A stretch of 24,000 bases of DNA from Escherichia coli (GCF_014522245.1 NZ_CP058596.1), one strand, 5' to 3'; shown: positions 1 to 10,768, counted from the first letter of the stretch. Translations and numbers: made by a program. Notes: generated from the sequence alone by a model not told the origin.

Positions 1-388
1 AGCACATACCCCGCTGGCAGAAGGCGCTAGTCCGGCCTCCGGTACTGACCATCTCGGCCCTACTGCGGTCATTGGCTCGGTGGGTAAACTGCCTACGGCA
101 GCAATTCTCGGCGGCGTGCTGCTCAACCAGAAACTGAATCCGGCAACGCTGGAGAATGAATCTGACAAGCAGAAACTGATGATCCTGCTGCGTACCTTCT
201 TTGAAGTGCATAAAGGCTGGCATATTCAGTACAACATCGTTTCCCGCGAAACATTGCTGGAGGCGAAGAAACATCCGGATCAATACCGCGATCTGGTGGT
301 ACGCGTAGCGGGTTATTCCGCCTTCTTCACCGCGCTCTCTCCAGACGCACAGGACGATATCATCGCCCGTACCGAACACATGCTGTAA
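1..388 (+). CDS. pflF: C-terminal part of a glycyl-radical formate acetyltransferase-like enzyme (PflF/YbiW), truncated by the window start
   Basis: The reading frame is open from base 2 ([38 protein letters not shown]...) to the TAA at 386-388. It contains the glycyl-radical motif [10 protein letters not shown] near the C-terminus. The supplied ORF starting at 80 is an internal GTG. Confidence 0.93.
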   Translation, partial: AHTPLAEGASPASGTDHLGPTAVIGSVGKLPTAAILGGVLLNQKLNPATLENESDKQKLMILLRTFFEVHKGWHIQYNIVSRETLLEAKKHPDQYRDLVVRVAGYSAFFTALSPDAQDDIIARTEHML

Positions 389-396
389 TCCCCTCA

Positions 397-419
397 GCCC
401 GGCGTCGTCGTCGCCGGGC
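397..419 (+). terminator. GC-rich hairpin downstream of pflF (gcccggcg / cgccgggc), no clear T tract
   Basis: Perfect 8-bp inverted repeat 397-404 / 412-419, 8 nt after the stop codon. Confidence 0.4.
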
Positions 420-533
420 CAAATCATTCACATCATCAATTTCAGCCTCGCTTTCATTCGAAATATAATTTGTGCTCTGCGTCACATTGTTATTACACTG
501 TTACGGTTTCATTTTCGAGCCAGGAGCACACCT

Positions 534-1349
534 ATGAGCGTAAAAGTTATCGTCACAGACATGGACGGTACTTTTCTTAACGACGCCAAAACGTACAACC
601 AACCACGTTTTATGGCGCAATATCAGGAACTGAAAAAGCGCGGCATTGAGTTCGTTGTCGCCAGCGGTAATCAGTATTACCAGCTTATTTCGTTCTTTCC
701 TGAGCTAAAGGATGAGATCTCTTTTGTCGCGGAAAACGGCGCACTGGTTTACGAACATGGCAAGCAGTTGTTCCACGGCGAACTGACCCGACATGAATCG
801 CGGATTGTTATTGGCGAGTTGCTAAAAGATAAGCAACTCAATTTTGTCGCCTGCGGTCTGCAAAGTGCATATGTCAGCGAAAATGCCCCCGAAGCATTCG
901 TCGCACTGATGGCAAAACACTACCATCGCCTGAAACCTGTAAAAGATTATCAGGAGATTGACGACGTACTGTTCAAGTTTTCGCTCAACCTGCCGGATGA
1001 ACAAATCCCGTTAGTGATCGACAAACTGCACATAGCGCTGGATGGCATTATGAAACCCGTCACCAGTGGTTTTAGCTTTATCGACTTGATTATTCCCGGT
1101 CTACATAAAGCAAACGGTATTTCGCGGTTACTGAAACGCTGGGATCTGTCACCGCAAAATGTGGTAGCGATTGGCGACAGCGGTAACGATGCGGAGATGC
1201 TGAAAATGGCGCGTTATTCCTTTGCGATGAGCAATGCTGCGGAAAACATTAAACAAATCGCCCGTTACGCTACCGATGATAATAATCATGAAGGCACGCT
1301 GAATGTGATTCAGGCGGTGCTGGAAAATAAACCGCCGTTTAATCTTTGA
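534..1349 (+). CDS. ybiV: HAD-superfamily (Cof-type) sugar phosphatase YbiV
   Basis: 271 aa with N-terminal VTDMDGTFL nucleophile motif and C-terminal [10 protein letters not shown] motif. AGGAGCACACCT lies just upstream of the ATG. Confidence 0.96.
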   Translation: MSVKVIVTDMDGTFLNDAKTYNQPRFMAQYQELKKRGIEFVVASGNQYYQLISFFPELKDEISFVAENGALVYEHGKQLFHGELTRHESRIVIGELLKDKQLNFVACGLQSAYVSENAPEAFVALMAKHYHRLKPVKDYQEIDDVLFKFSLNLPDEQIPLVIDKLHIALDGIMKPVTSGFSFIDLIIPGLHKANGISRLLKRWDLSPQNVVAIGDSGNDAEMLKMARYSFAMSNAAENIKQIARYATDDNNHEGTLNVIQAVLENKPPFNL

Positions 1350-1390
1350 TTATCGCCAATTCAGTTTATTGAGAAAGTGCATGTCATTAT

Positions 1391-1491
1391 GCCGGATACG
1401 GCGTGACCGCCTTATTTGGCATACAAAATCATGAAAATTCAATATATTGCGATACACTGCCAGGTCTGATAAGCGTAGCGCACCAGGCAAT
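1391..1491. repeat. Degenerate REP/BIME-like intergenic palindromic sequences
   Basis: 1391-1424 gccggatacggcgtgaccgccttatttggcatac resembles the REP consensus. 1458-1491 tgccaggtctgataagcgtagcgcaccaggcaat resembles the associated BIME-type motif. Confidence 0.65.
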
Positions 1492-1511
1492 CTTGCGTTT
1501 GTCATCAGTTT

Positions 1512-1540
1512 CAGTAGCCCTGACCATATCAGGGCTACTG
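1512..1540. terminator. Hairpin between the convergent genes ybiV and ybiT
   Basis: Perfect 12-bp stem cagtagccctga / tcagggctactg with 5-nt loop, adjacent to the ybiT stop. T tract is poor on both strands, so terminator function is uncertain. Confidence 0.5.
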
Positions 1541-1548
1541 ATAATAAC

Positions 1549-3141
1549 TTACTCGATCCCTTTACTACGCAGGTAATCTTCGTAATTACCGCTAAAGTCG
1601 ATCACGCGTTCCGGGGTGATTTCCAGAATACGGGTCGCCAGGGAGCTTACAAACTCACGGTCGTGAGAAACAAAGATCAGCGTGCCCTGATACAGTTCCA
1701 GCGCCATGTTCAGCGACTCAATGGATTCCATATCCAGGTGGTTGGTCGGTTCGTCCATGATCAGAATGTTCGGCTTCTGCATCATTAACTTACCAAACAG
1801 CATCCGCCCTTTTTCCCCACCGGAAAGCACTTTCGCAGGCTTTTTGATGTCGTCCTGGCTGAACAGCAAACGACCGAGAATGCTGCGTACCGCCTGCTCG
1901 TCATCGCCTTCCTGCTTCCACTGGCTCATCCATTCGAACACGGTCAGATCATTTTCGAACTCATATTCATGGTCCTGGGCGTAGTAACCAATGCGCGCGT
2001 TCTCAGACCATTTTACGGTGCCGCTGTCCGGTTGCAGATCGCCCACCAGCGTTTTCAGCAGCGTTGATTTACCGACGCCGTTGGTACCCAGTACCGCCAG
2101 TTTTTCACCCACTTCCAGCAGCAGGTTGAGATTTTTAAACAGTGGACCGTTATCAAACCCTTTAGTCAGACCTTCCACTTCCAGCGCGTTACGGAACAGT
2201 TTCTTATCCTGTTCAAAACGGATGAACGGGTTCTGACGGCTGGAGGCTTTCACCTCTTCCAGTTTGATTTTATCAATCTGGCGCGCGCGCGAAGTTGCCT
2301 GGCGAGATTTCGAGGCGTTGGCGCTAAAGCGGCTAACGAAAGATTGCAACTCAGCAATCTGCGCTTTCTTCTTGGCGTTATCAGCCAGCAGACGTTCACG
2401 CGCCTGAGTCGCCGCCGTCATGTACTCATCGTAGTTGCCCGGATAAACGCGCAGCTCGCCGTAATCCAGATCCGCCATGTGGGTACAAACCATGTTAAGG
2501 AAGTGACGGTCGTGCGAGATGATGATCATGGTGCTGTCACGCTCGTTCAGCACCTGTTCCAGCCAGCGAATGGTGTCGATGTCGAGGTTGTTGGTCGGTT
2601 CGTCGAGCAGGAGAATGTCCGGATCAGCAAACAGCGCCTGCGCCAGCAGCACACGCAGCTTCCAGCCAGGAGCAACTTCACTCATCGGGCCGTAGTGCTG
2701 TTCCACTGGAATTCCCACGCCAAGCAACAGTTCACCAGCGCGAGCTTCCGCAGAGTAACCGTCCATTTCGCCGTATTTCACTTCCAGATCGGCCACTTTA
2801 TAGCCGTCTTCTTCACTCATTTCCGGCAAAGCATAGATGCGGTCACGTTCCTGCTTCACTTCCCACAACTCTTTATGCCCCATGATCACCGTATCCAGCA
2901 CAGTGAACTCTTCAAAGGCAAACTGATCCTGACGCAGCTTACCAATGCGCTCGTTGGGATCGAGGGAAACGTTACCCAACGTCGGCTCTAAGTCGCCGCC
3001 GAGGATCTTCATAAAGGTGGATTTACCACTACCGTTCGCGCCAATCAGGCCGTAACGGTTGCCGCCGCCAAATTTGACGGAAATGTTTTCAAACAACGGC
3101 TTACTGCCGAACTGCATGGTGACGTTACTGGAAACTAACAC
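1549..3141 (-). CDS. ybiT: ABC-F family ATPase YbiT
   Basis: 530 aa with two ATP-binding domains (Walker [10 protein letters not shown] and GTNGVGKST), [11 protein letters not shown] and [11 protein letters not shown], and no transmembrane domain. Confidence 0.97.
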
Positions 3142-3359
3142 AGGCGTATCCTGAAAAGAGATATGACAAACCGCGCATTATGCCATAAATCTGAAAGAAG
3201 ATCCTGCTCCTCGCTTAAGGTCTACACTCAAGCCAAAGGCAAAAAATGTGATTTCGTACACATCTGATTTCACTGTGAGCTGGAATGAACTTATAATGCG
3301 CTTCCAATACTCTAATATTCTCAACCCAATGGCCTGCCAGGCACAAAATCTCGCTTAAC

Positions 3360-4280
3360 ATGAATATGAAATTGAAAACATTATTCGCAGCGGCCTTCGC
3401 TGTTGTCGGCTTTTGCAGTACCGCCTCTGCGGTAACTTATCCTCTGCCAACCGACGGGAGTCGCCTGGTTGGTCAGAATCAGGTGATCACCATTCCTGAA
3501 GGTAACACTCAGCCGCTGGAGTATTTTGCCGCCGAGTACCAGATGGGACTTTCCAATATGATGGAAGCGAACCCGGGTGTGGATACCTTCCTGCCGAAAG
3601 GCGGTACTGTACTGAACATTCCGCAGCAGCTGATCCTGCCGGATACCGTTCATGAAGGCATCGTCATTAACAGTGCAGAGATGCGTCTGTATTACTATCC
3701 GAAAGGAACCAACACCGTTATCGTGCTGCCGATCGGCATTGGTCAGTTAGGCAAAGACACGCCTATCAACTGGACCACCAAAGTTGAGCGTAAAAAAGCA
3801 GGCCCGACCTGGACGCCGACCGCCAAAATGCACGCAGAGTACCGCGCTGCGGGCGAACCGCTTCCGGCTGTCGTTCCAGCAGGTCCGGATAACCCGATGG
3901 GTCTGTATGCACTCTACATCGGTCGCCTGTACGCTATCCATGGCACCAACGCCAACTTCGGTATCGGCCTGCGTGTAAGTCATGGCTGTGTGCGTCTGCG
4001 TAACGAAGACATTAAATTCCTGTTCGAGAAAGTGCCTGTCGGTACTCGCGTGCAGTTTATTGATGAGCCGGTGAAAGCGACTACCGAACCAGACGGCAGC
4101 CGTTACATTGAAGTCCATAACCCGCTGTCTACCACCGAAGCCCAGTTTGAAGGTCAGGAAATTGTGCCAATTACCCTGACGAAGAGCGTGCAGACAGTGA
4201 CCGGTCAGCCAGATGTTGACCAGGTTGTTCTTGATGAAGCGATCAAAAATCGTTCCGGGATGCCGGTTCGTCTGAATTAA
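3360..4280 (+). CDS. ldtB: L,D-transpeptidase LdtB (YbiS)
   Basis: 306 aa with signal peptide, LysM-like N-terminal segment and YkuD catalytic motif [24 protein letters not shown]. Confidence 0.96.
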
Positions 4281-4297
4281 TCGTCAAAACGTAAAAC

Positions 4298-4325
4298 AAA
4301 GGCGGACTCATAATCCGCCTTTTTA
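4298..4325. terminator. Terminator between the convergent genes ldtB and ybiR
   Basis: aaaggcgga...tccgccttttt: inverted repeat followed by a T run on the + strand, with matching A run on the other side. Confidence 0.85.
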
Positions 4326-4337
4326 ATTTGCCAGACC

Positions 4338-5456
4338 TTATCCCGCCGGGATCATAACCAACAAAACATATCCCACCAGCGCCGCCCACAACAGCATCGG
4401 TATCGAATAAAGATGAAAACGCCACCAGATACGGCGATCGTTCGCCATCCGTAACGCAATCAAATTTGCCAGCGATCCGGGTAATAAACCAAAGCCCCCC
4501 ACGTTTACCGCCCATGCCAGTAATAAAGACGGTGGCACATAATTGAGCAGCAAAATGGTACTCGGCACGTTACTGATCACCTGCGATAAACCGATCGCCG
4601 TTAACCATAATCCGGGTTCGGATAAATGACTCACGTTACTTAACACCCCCTGCAAAACTGGCAGTTGGGTTAGTAAATGGACGTCGATAAACATCGCCAT
4701 AAACACCAGCAGCAGCGTCCAGTCCACACTGAGCACCACACGACGCGCCAGCAGCGCAAAGCCCGCCGCCACAATCACCAGTCCCCACAGCTCTTGTTTT
4801 AACTCCAGCGCCGTCAGAAAGACGATATACAGCCCCAGACAACTCCACACCAGCCGCGGTTTCCACTCCGGCGTTTGCACCCCCGTATGGTATTGCAGCG
4901 CCTTTCCAGGGAAACAACACCAGCACAACAGCAGGAGTGTCAGCATCATTGCGCCAGCCAGCGGTGCCATTTGGGCAATAAATCCGGCAAACGAAAGACC
5001 AGAACGTCCCCAGATAAGAATATTTTGCGGGTTGCCAATTGGCGTCAGTAGCGAACCAGCGTTGACTGCCAGCGCCTCAAAAATAATCAGCCGATTAACC
5101 GGAATCTCACACAGTCTTTTTAGCGTGATAGTCAGCGGAACAACTATAAACAGTGCGACATCGTTGGTCAGAAAGGTAGAAAGCAGCGCTGCCGCCAGTA
5201 CCATAAACATCGCCAGCCGACGCTCCGTAGCAAAACGGCGCACCATTTTGCGCCCCAGCACATCAAAATAACCGCTTAACTCGACACCTTTGGTCAGCAG
5301 CATCAGGCCGCTTAAGGTGATGATGGTGTGCCAGTCGATAGCAGCAGGCCAGGATTTCGGTGCAAAGGGAACGAAAAAACTTAATCCGATGCCAACAAGA
5401 ATTAATAACTGAAAAAAACGATCGCCTTGCAGCGTGCGTAAAAAAGGCAGGCTCAT
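4338..5456 (-). CDS. ybiR: Predicted inner-membrane transporter YbiR (ArsB/NhaD/SLC13-like anion transporter superfamily)
   Basis: 372 aa, strongly hydrophobic with many predicted helices. [16 protein letters not shown] and [14 protein letters not shown] resemble family hairpin motifs. The ATG overlaps the mntR stop codon. Confidence 0.9.
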
Positions 5457-5920
5457 TTGGCACCGTGTTTCTGGGTAAACAAACGAAAGGCATCCAGCGT
5501 CTCTTCACTAACATGGTGCTCCATACCTTCCGCGTCGCGACGGGCGATTTCCGGACTGACGCCCAACACCAACAAGAAATTTTCGACTATCTGATGTCGC
5601 TCGCGGCTTTCCTGCGCCAGCTTCTCTCCTTCTGCCGTTAAAAACACGCCACGCCAGGGGATCATTTCAATCAGCCCCATGGTTGCCAGTCGCTTAAGCA
5701 TTTTAGCCACCGTCGGTTGCGAAACCCCCAGACGAGCAGCCATGTCCACCTGACGAGCTTCCCCCACTTCCCTGATCAAGTCAGAAATCAGCTCAACGTA
5801 ATCATCAATCAGCTCGCGCCGATGCGCCTCTCTGACCTGGCGGAACCCTTCAACGTGCTCTTCCACGTTCACTAACTGCGTCACTTTTTTTGCTGTTGGC
5901 GTACCTGCGCGACGACTCAT
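5453..5920 (-). CDS. mntR: Manganese-responsive transcriptional regulator MntR (DtxR family)
   Basis: 155 aa with N-terminal winged HTH ([28 protein letters not shown]) and metal-binding/dimerisation region ([12 protein letters not shown]). Confidence 0.97.
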
Positions 5921-6000
5921 TGTGCTTCCTCATTATGGTGACGCATACATAGCGTTCTCATTTCGTGCGCACATTGTAAACCAGAGTTGCGAAGGTACAA

Positions 6001-6050
6001 AAAATTAACGTTTTAGCAATAGCTATATAATATAGCCTGTGCTATATCTG
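6001..6050 (+). promoter_or_regulatory. mntS promoter region with MntR-box-like palindrome (tatagcctgtgctata at 6031-6046)
   Basis: The 6031-6046 dyad matches the TATAGC-N4-GCTATA type core of MntR operators. A related tagcaatagcta half-element lies at 6014-6025, with a TATAAT-like -10 between them. Confidence 0.75.
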
Positions 6051-6105
6051 TATGTAATGCAATCATTCCTCAAGGATCGATGGGATTAGCAAGTCAGGAG
6101 GTCTT

Positions 6106-6234
6106 ATGAATGAGTTCAAGAGGTGTATGCGCGTGTTTAGTCATTCTCCCTTTAAAGTACGGTTAATGCTGCTCTCTATGTTGTGCGATATGGTCAACAA
6201 CAAACCGCAGCAGGATAAACCTTCCGATAAATAG
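6106..6234 (+). CDS. mntS: Small manganese-regulated protein MntS (formerly the RybA RNA locus)
   Basis: Manual translation: MNEFKRCMRVFSHSPFKVRLMLLSMLCDMVNNKPQQDKPSDK (42 aa), TAG at 6232-6234, SD caggaggt at 6095-6102. Divergent from mntR. Below the length cut-off of the supplied ORF track. Confidence 0.96.
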   Translation: MNEFKRCMRVFSHSPFKVRLMLLSMLCDMVNNKPQQDKPSDK

Positions 6235-6253
6235 CGGCGTCGCGGTACGCCGC
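6234..6253 (+). terminator. Hairpin immediately after mntS (gcggcgt / acgccgc)
   Basis: Perfect 7-bp inverted repeat 6234-6240 / 6247-6253. It is followed only by a T-poor segment, so termination efficiency is uncertain. Confidence 0.4.
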
Positions 6254-6505
6254 TTCACTCCTGCTTTTATGCAGGCACAACGCGTTTTGGTCTGAAAAAC
6301 CCCACTTTTTGTCGGATTTGCAATCCCCTTCGCAAAAGATTTGTTCGTCGGTAGTTGACCTGAACAGCAGCTCGCTCTATCTTCTTGCAGCCCTGCGTAT
6401 ATTGCGGCTCGCGGATGCGGACCCCTTTCCCCTCTTCACGCACTCTTGCAGGTATTGACCCTTGACGCCAGGGTAAGCACATGGCGTTTGTTACGATAGT
6501 GGCAT

Positions 6506-8089
6506 ATGAATTTAACCCTCAAAGAATCGCTTGTTACCCGTAGCCGGGTATTTAGCCCGTGGACTGCGTTCTACTTTTTACAGTCGCTATTAATTAACCT
6601 CGGCTTAGGTTACCCCTTCAGTTTGCTCTACACCGCTGCGTTTACGGCTATTTTGCTTTTGCTATGGCGAACATTGCCTCGCGTACAAAAAGTTCTGGTC
6701 GGTATCAGTTCGCTGGTGGCGGCTTGTTATTTCCCTTTTGCTCAGGCCTACGGCGCGCCTAACTTCAATACATTGCTGGCATTGCACTCCACCAATATGG
6801 AAGAGTCGACCGAAATCCTGACGATTTTTCCGTGGTACAGCTACCTGGTCGGCATATTTATTTTTGCGCTCGGCGTAATAGCAATCAGGCGAAAAAAAGA
6901 GAGTGAAAAAGCGCGCTGGAATACCTTCGACAGCCTGTGCCTGGTATTCAGTGTGGCGACATTTTTTGTTGCTCCCGTGCAAAACCTGGCCTGGGGCGGC
7001 GTATTTAAACTGAAAGATACTGGCTATCCGGTATTTCGTTTTGCTAAGGATGTCATCGTCAATAATAACGAGGTGATTGAAGAGCAAGAACGGATGGCAA
7101 AACTTTCCGGAATGAAAGATACCTGGACGGTCACTGCCGTTAAGCCGAAGTATCAGACCTATGTGGTGGTGATCGGAGAAAGCGCGCGTCGCGATGCCCT
7201 CGGTGCCTTTGGCGGTCACTGGGACAATACCCCGTTTGCCAGCAGCGTTAACGGTTTGATATTTGCTGACTACATTGCCGCCAGTGGCTCCACGCAGAAA
7301 TCGCTTGGCTTAACGCTCAATCGCGTTGTCGATGGCAAACCACAGTTTCAGGATAACTTTGTCACCCTGGCAAATCGCGCGGGCTTCCAGACCTGGTGGT
7401 TTTCCAACCAGGGTCAAATCGGCGAATACGATACCGCCATCGCCAGCATCGCCAAACGAGCAGATGAAGTGTACTTCCTGAAAGAAGGTAATTTTGAAGC
7501 AGATAAAAACACGAAAGACGAAGCGTTACTGGATATGACCGCTCAAGTGCTGGCGCAAGAGCACTCGCAACCGCAGCTGATTGTTCTACATCTGATGGGC
7601 TCGCATCCGCAGGCCTGCGACCGGACACAAGGCAAATACGAAACCTTTGTGCAATCGAAAGAAACGTCGTGCTATCTCTATACCATGACGCAAACAGACG
7701 ATTTACTGCGCAAGCTGTACGATCAGTTACGCAACAGCGGCAGCAGCTTCTCGCTGGTTTACTTTTCCGACCACGGTCTGGCCTTTAAAGAGCGCGGCAA
7801 AGACGTGCAATACCTTGCCCATGATGATAAGTATCAGCAAAATTTCCAGGTGCCTTTTATGGTCATTTCCAGCGACGATAAAGCGCATCGGGTGATTAAA
7901 GCCCGCCGCTCGGCCAATGACTTCTTAGGCTTTTTCTCGCAGTGGACGGGAATTAAAGCGAAGGAAATAAATATCAAATACCCGTTTATATCTGAGAAGA
8001 AAGCCGGGCCGATATACATCACCAACTTCCAGTTACAGAAGGTGGATTACAACCATCTCGGAACCGATATTTTCGACCCGAAACCTTAA
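6506..8089 (+). CDS. opgE: Phosphoethanolamine transferase for osmoregulated periplasmic glucans, OpgE (YbiP); sulfatase-like domain
   Basis: 527 aa with N-terminal transmembrane helices and a C-terminal alkaline-phosphatase/sulfatase fold domain (VVVIGESARRDALGAFGG, SDHGLAFKERG). Confidence 0.93.
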   Translation: MNLTLKESLVTRSRVFSPWTAFYFLQSLLINLGLGYPFSLLYTAAFTAILLLLWRTLPRVQKVLVGISSLVAACYFPFAQAYGAPNFNTLLALHSTNMEESTEILTIFPWYSYLVGIFIFALGVIAIRRKKESEKARWNTFDSLCLVFSVATFFVAPVQNLAWGGVFKLKDTGYPVFRFAKDVIVNNNEVIEEQERMAKLSGMKDTWTVTAVKPKYQTYVVVIGESARRDALGAFGGHWDNTPFASSVNGLIFADYIAASGSTQKSLGLTLNRVVDGKPQFQDNFVTLANRAGFQTWWFSNQGQIGEYDTAIASIAKRADEVYFLKEGNFEADKNTKDEALLDMTAQVLAQEHSQPQLIVLHLMGSHPQACDRTQGKYETFVQSKETSCYLYTMTQTDDLLRKLYDQLRNSGSSFSLVYFSDHGLAFKERGKDVQYLAHDDKYQQNFQVPFMVISSDDKAHRVIKARRSANDFLGFFSQWTGIKAKEINIKYPFISEKKAGPIYITNFQLQKVDYNHLGTDIFDPKP

Positions 8090-8092
8090 AAC

Positions 8093-8124
8093 AAAAAAAT
8101 CCGCCCCGAGAGGCGGATTTTTTA
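8093..8124. terminator. Bidirectional intrinsic terminator between the convergent genes opgE and ompX
   Basis: aaaaaaatccgccccgagaggcggattttttat: strong stem with A run on one side and T run on the other. Confidence 0.9.
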
Positions 8125-8138
8125 TATCACCGAAGTGA

Positions 8139-8654
8139 TTAGAAGCGGTAACCAACACCGGCAATCCAGGTGCCTACGTCAACGCTACGAATACGGCTCT
8201 GCTCGTAAGAGAAGTCCAGAGCAACGTTTTCCATCGGGTTGAACTGCAAACCAGCACCGTAGGAGAAACCGTAGTCGCTGGTGTCGTGTTTGTAGGTCGG
8301 GTATTCAGTGGTCTGGAATTTACCATAACCCACACCCACTACACCGTAGATGCTTGCCCAGTCGTTAATGCGGTAAGCCGGACCAGCAGTGATGCCGTAG
8401 TACTGGTTTTTGTTGTAGTCACCAGAGCTTGCAGTACGGCTTTTCTCGGTGTAAGTGAAAGAACCGATCACACCCAGCGGGCTGTTGTCTTCTTCATAGC
8501 GGTATTTCAGGTTGAAACCGCCCATTTTGTTCATTTGGCCCTGAGCGTCGCTTTGTGCGTAACCGCCAGTTACGGTAGAAGTCGCAGCTACGGAAGTACC
8601 TGCGGTGAAAGCCAGAACTGCGGCCAGTGCTGAAAGACATGCAATTTTTTTCAT
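8139..8654 (-). CDS. ompX: Outer membrane protein X (OmpX)
   Basis: 171 aa starting MKKIACLSALAAVLAFTAGTSVAATSTVTGGYAQ and ending WIAGVGYRF. I prefer the MKK start, two codons inside the supplied ORF. Confidence 0.97.
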   Translation of the reverse strand: MKKIACLSALAAVLAFTAGTSVAATSTVTGGYAQSDAQGQMNKMGGFNLKYRYEEDNSPLGVIGSFTYTEKSRTASSGDYNKNQYYGITAGPAYRINDWASIYGVVGVGYGKFQTTEYPTYKHDTSDYGFSYGAGLQFNPMENVALDFSYEQSRIRSVDVGTWIAGVGYRF

Positions 8655-9006
8655 AACCACCTCAAATGTGATTCAAATAAGTCCTAAGTTTTAAATATAT
8701 CAAAAATTAATGGGAAACTCTTCGCGATTTATGATGTCTAACGGGCCATTTCATGTAACAGAACGTTTCCATACACCGCTATCCATCTAAATTTAAATCA
8801 CTTTTTCAGAGAACTGCGTAAGTATTACGCATGTTTTCCCTGTCATTCATCCAGATTATTCCTAATCACCAGACTAATGATTCCATCAATCCTGGCGCAT
8901 TTTAGTCAAAACGGGGGAAAATTTTTTCAACAAATGCTCAACCAGCATTGGGTATATCCAGTACACTCCACGCTTTACTTAGGTTTAGATATTTGTGGGA
9001 GAAAGG

Positions 9007-9894
9007 ATGCCTGGTTCATTACGTAAAATGCCGGTCTGGTTACCAATAGTCATATTGCTCGTTGCCATGGCGTCTATTCAGGGTGGAGCCTCGTTAGCTA
9101 AGTCACTTTTTCCTCTGGTGGGCGCACCGGGGGTCACTGCGCTGCGTCTGGCATTAGGCACGCTGATCCTCATCGCGTTCTTTAAGCCATGGCGACTGCG
9201 CTTTGCCAAAGAGCAACGATTACCGCTGTTGTTTTACGGCGTTTCGCTGGGTGGAATGAATTATCTTTTTTATCTTTCTATTCAGACGGTACCGCTGGGT
9301 ATTGCGGTGGCGCTGGAGTTCACCGGACCACTGGCGGTGGCACTGTTCTCTTCTCGTCGCCCGGTAGATTTCGTCTGGGTTGTGCTGGCGGTTCTTGGTC
9401 TGTGGTTCCTGCTACCGCTGGGGCAAGACGTTTCCCATGTCGATTTAACCGGCTGTGCGCTGGCACTGGGGGCCGGGGCTTGTTGGGCTATTTACATTTT
9501 AAGTGGGCAACGCGCAGGAGCGGAACATGGCCCTGCGACGGTGGCAATTGGTTCGTTGATTGCAGCGTTAATTTTCGTGCCAATTGGAGCGCTTCAGGCT
9601 GGTGAAGCACTCTGGCACTGGTCGGTTATTCCATTGGGTCTGGCTGTCGCTATTCTCTCGACCGCTCTGCCTTATTCGCTGGAAATGATTGCCCTCACCC
9701 GTTTGCCAACACGCACATTTGGTACGCTAATGAGCATGGAACCTGCGCTGGCTGCCGTTTCCGGGATGATTTTCCTCGGAGAAACACTGACACCCATACA
9801 GCTGCTGGCGCTCGGCGCTATCATCGCCGCTTCAATGGGTTCTACGCTGACAGTACGCAAAGAGAGCAAAATAAAAGAATTAGACATAAATTAA
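9007..9894 (+). CDS. rhtA: Threonine/homoserine exporter RhtA (DMT/EamA family)
   Basis: 295 aa starting MPGSLRKMPVWLPIVIL, with two EamA repeats and ~10 hydrophobic segments. GGGAGAAAGG SD upstream of the ATG at 9007. Confidence 0.96.
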   Translation: MPGSLRKMPVWLPIVILLVAMASIQGGASLAKSLFPLVGAPGVTALRLALGTLILIAFFKPWRLRFAKEQRLPLLFYGVSLGGMNYLFYLSIQTVPLGIAVALEFTGPLAVALFSSRRPVDFVWVVLAVLGLWFLLPLGQDVSHVDLTGCALALGAGACWAIYILSGQRAGAEHGPATVAIGSLIAALIFVPIGALQAGEALWHWSVIPLGLAVAILSTALPYSLEMIALTRLPTRTFGTLMSMEPALAAVSGMIFLGETLTPIQLLALGAIIAASMGSTLTVRKESKIKELDIN

Positions 9895-10056
9895 ATTTAC
9901 ATTTCTGCATGGTTATGCATAACCATGCAGATTTTCTCGCTACTTTTCCTCTACGCCGTCTTTATATATCGAATTATGCAAAAGCATATTTATTCCGAAA
10001 ATTCCTGGCGAGCAAATAAATAAGAATTGTTCTTATTAATATATCTAACTCATTGA

Positions 10057-10698
<642 letters not shown>

Positions 10699-10735
10699 AT
10701 CCATCGCTGATGGTGCAGAACTTTAGTACACGATA

Positions 10736-10768
10736 AAAGCGGCTTCCTGACAGGAGGCCGTTTTGTTT
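10736..10768 (+). terminator. Intrinsic terminator of dps
   Basis: cggcttcc-tgaca-ggaggccg stem followed by ttttgtttt. Confidence 0.88.

Noticed and set aside
2344-2991. 215-aa + strand ORF opposite ybiT
   Set aside because: Lies entirely antisense to a highly conserved ABC-F gene, has no SD or recognisable domain, and is a typical codon-bias shadow ORF.
6267-6482. 71-aa minus strand ORF between mntS and opgE
   Set aside because: No clear RBS and no recognisable protein features. The region is more likely UTR or promoter, though I list the gap itself as a finding.
8286-8633. 115-aa + strand ORF opposite ompX
   Set aside because: Shadow ORF of ompX, with no supporting signals.
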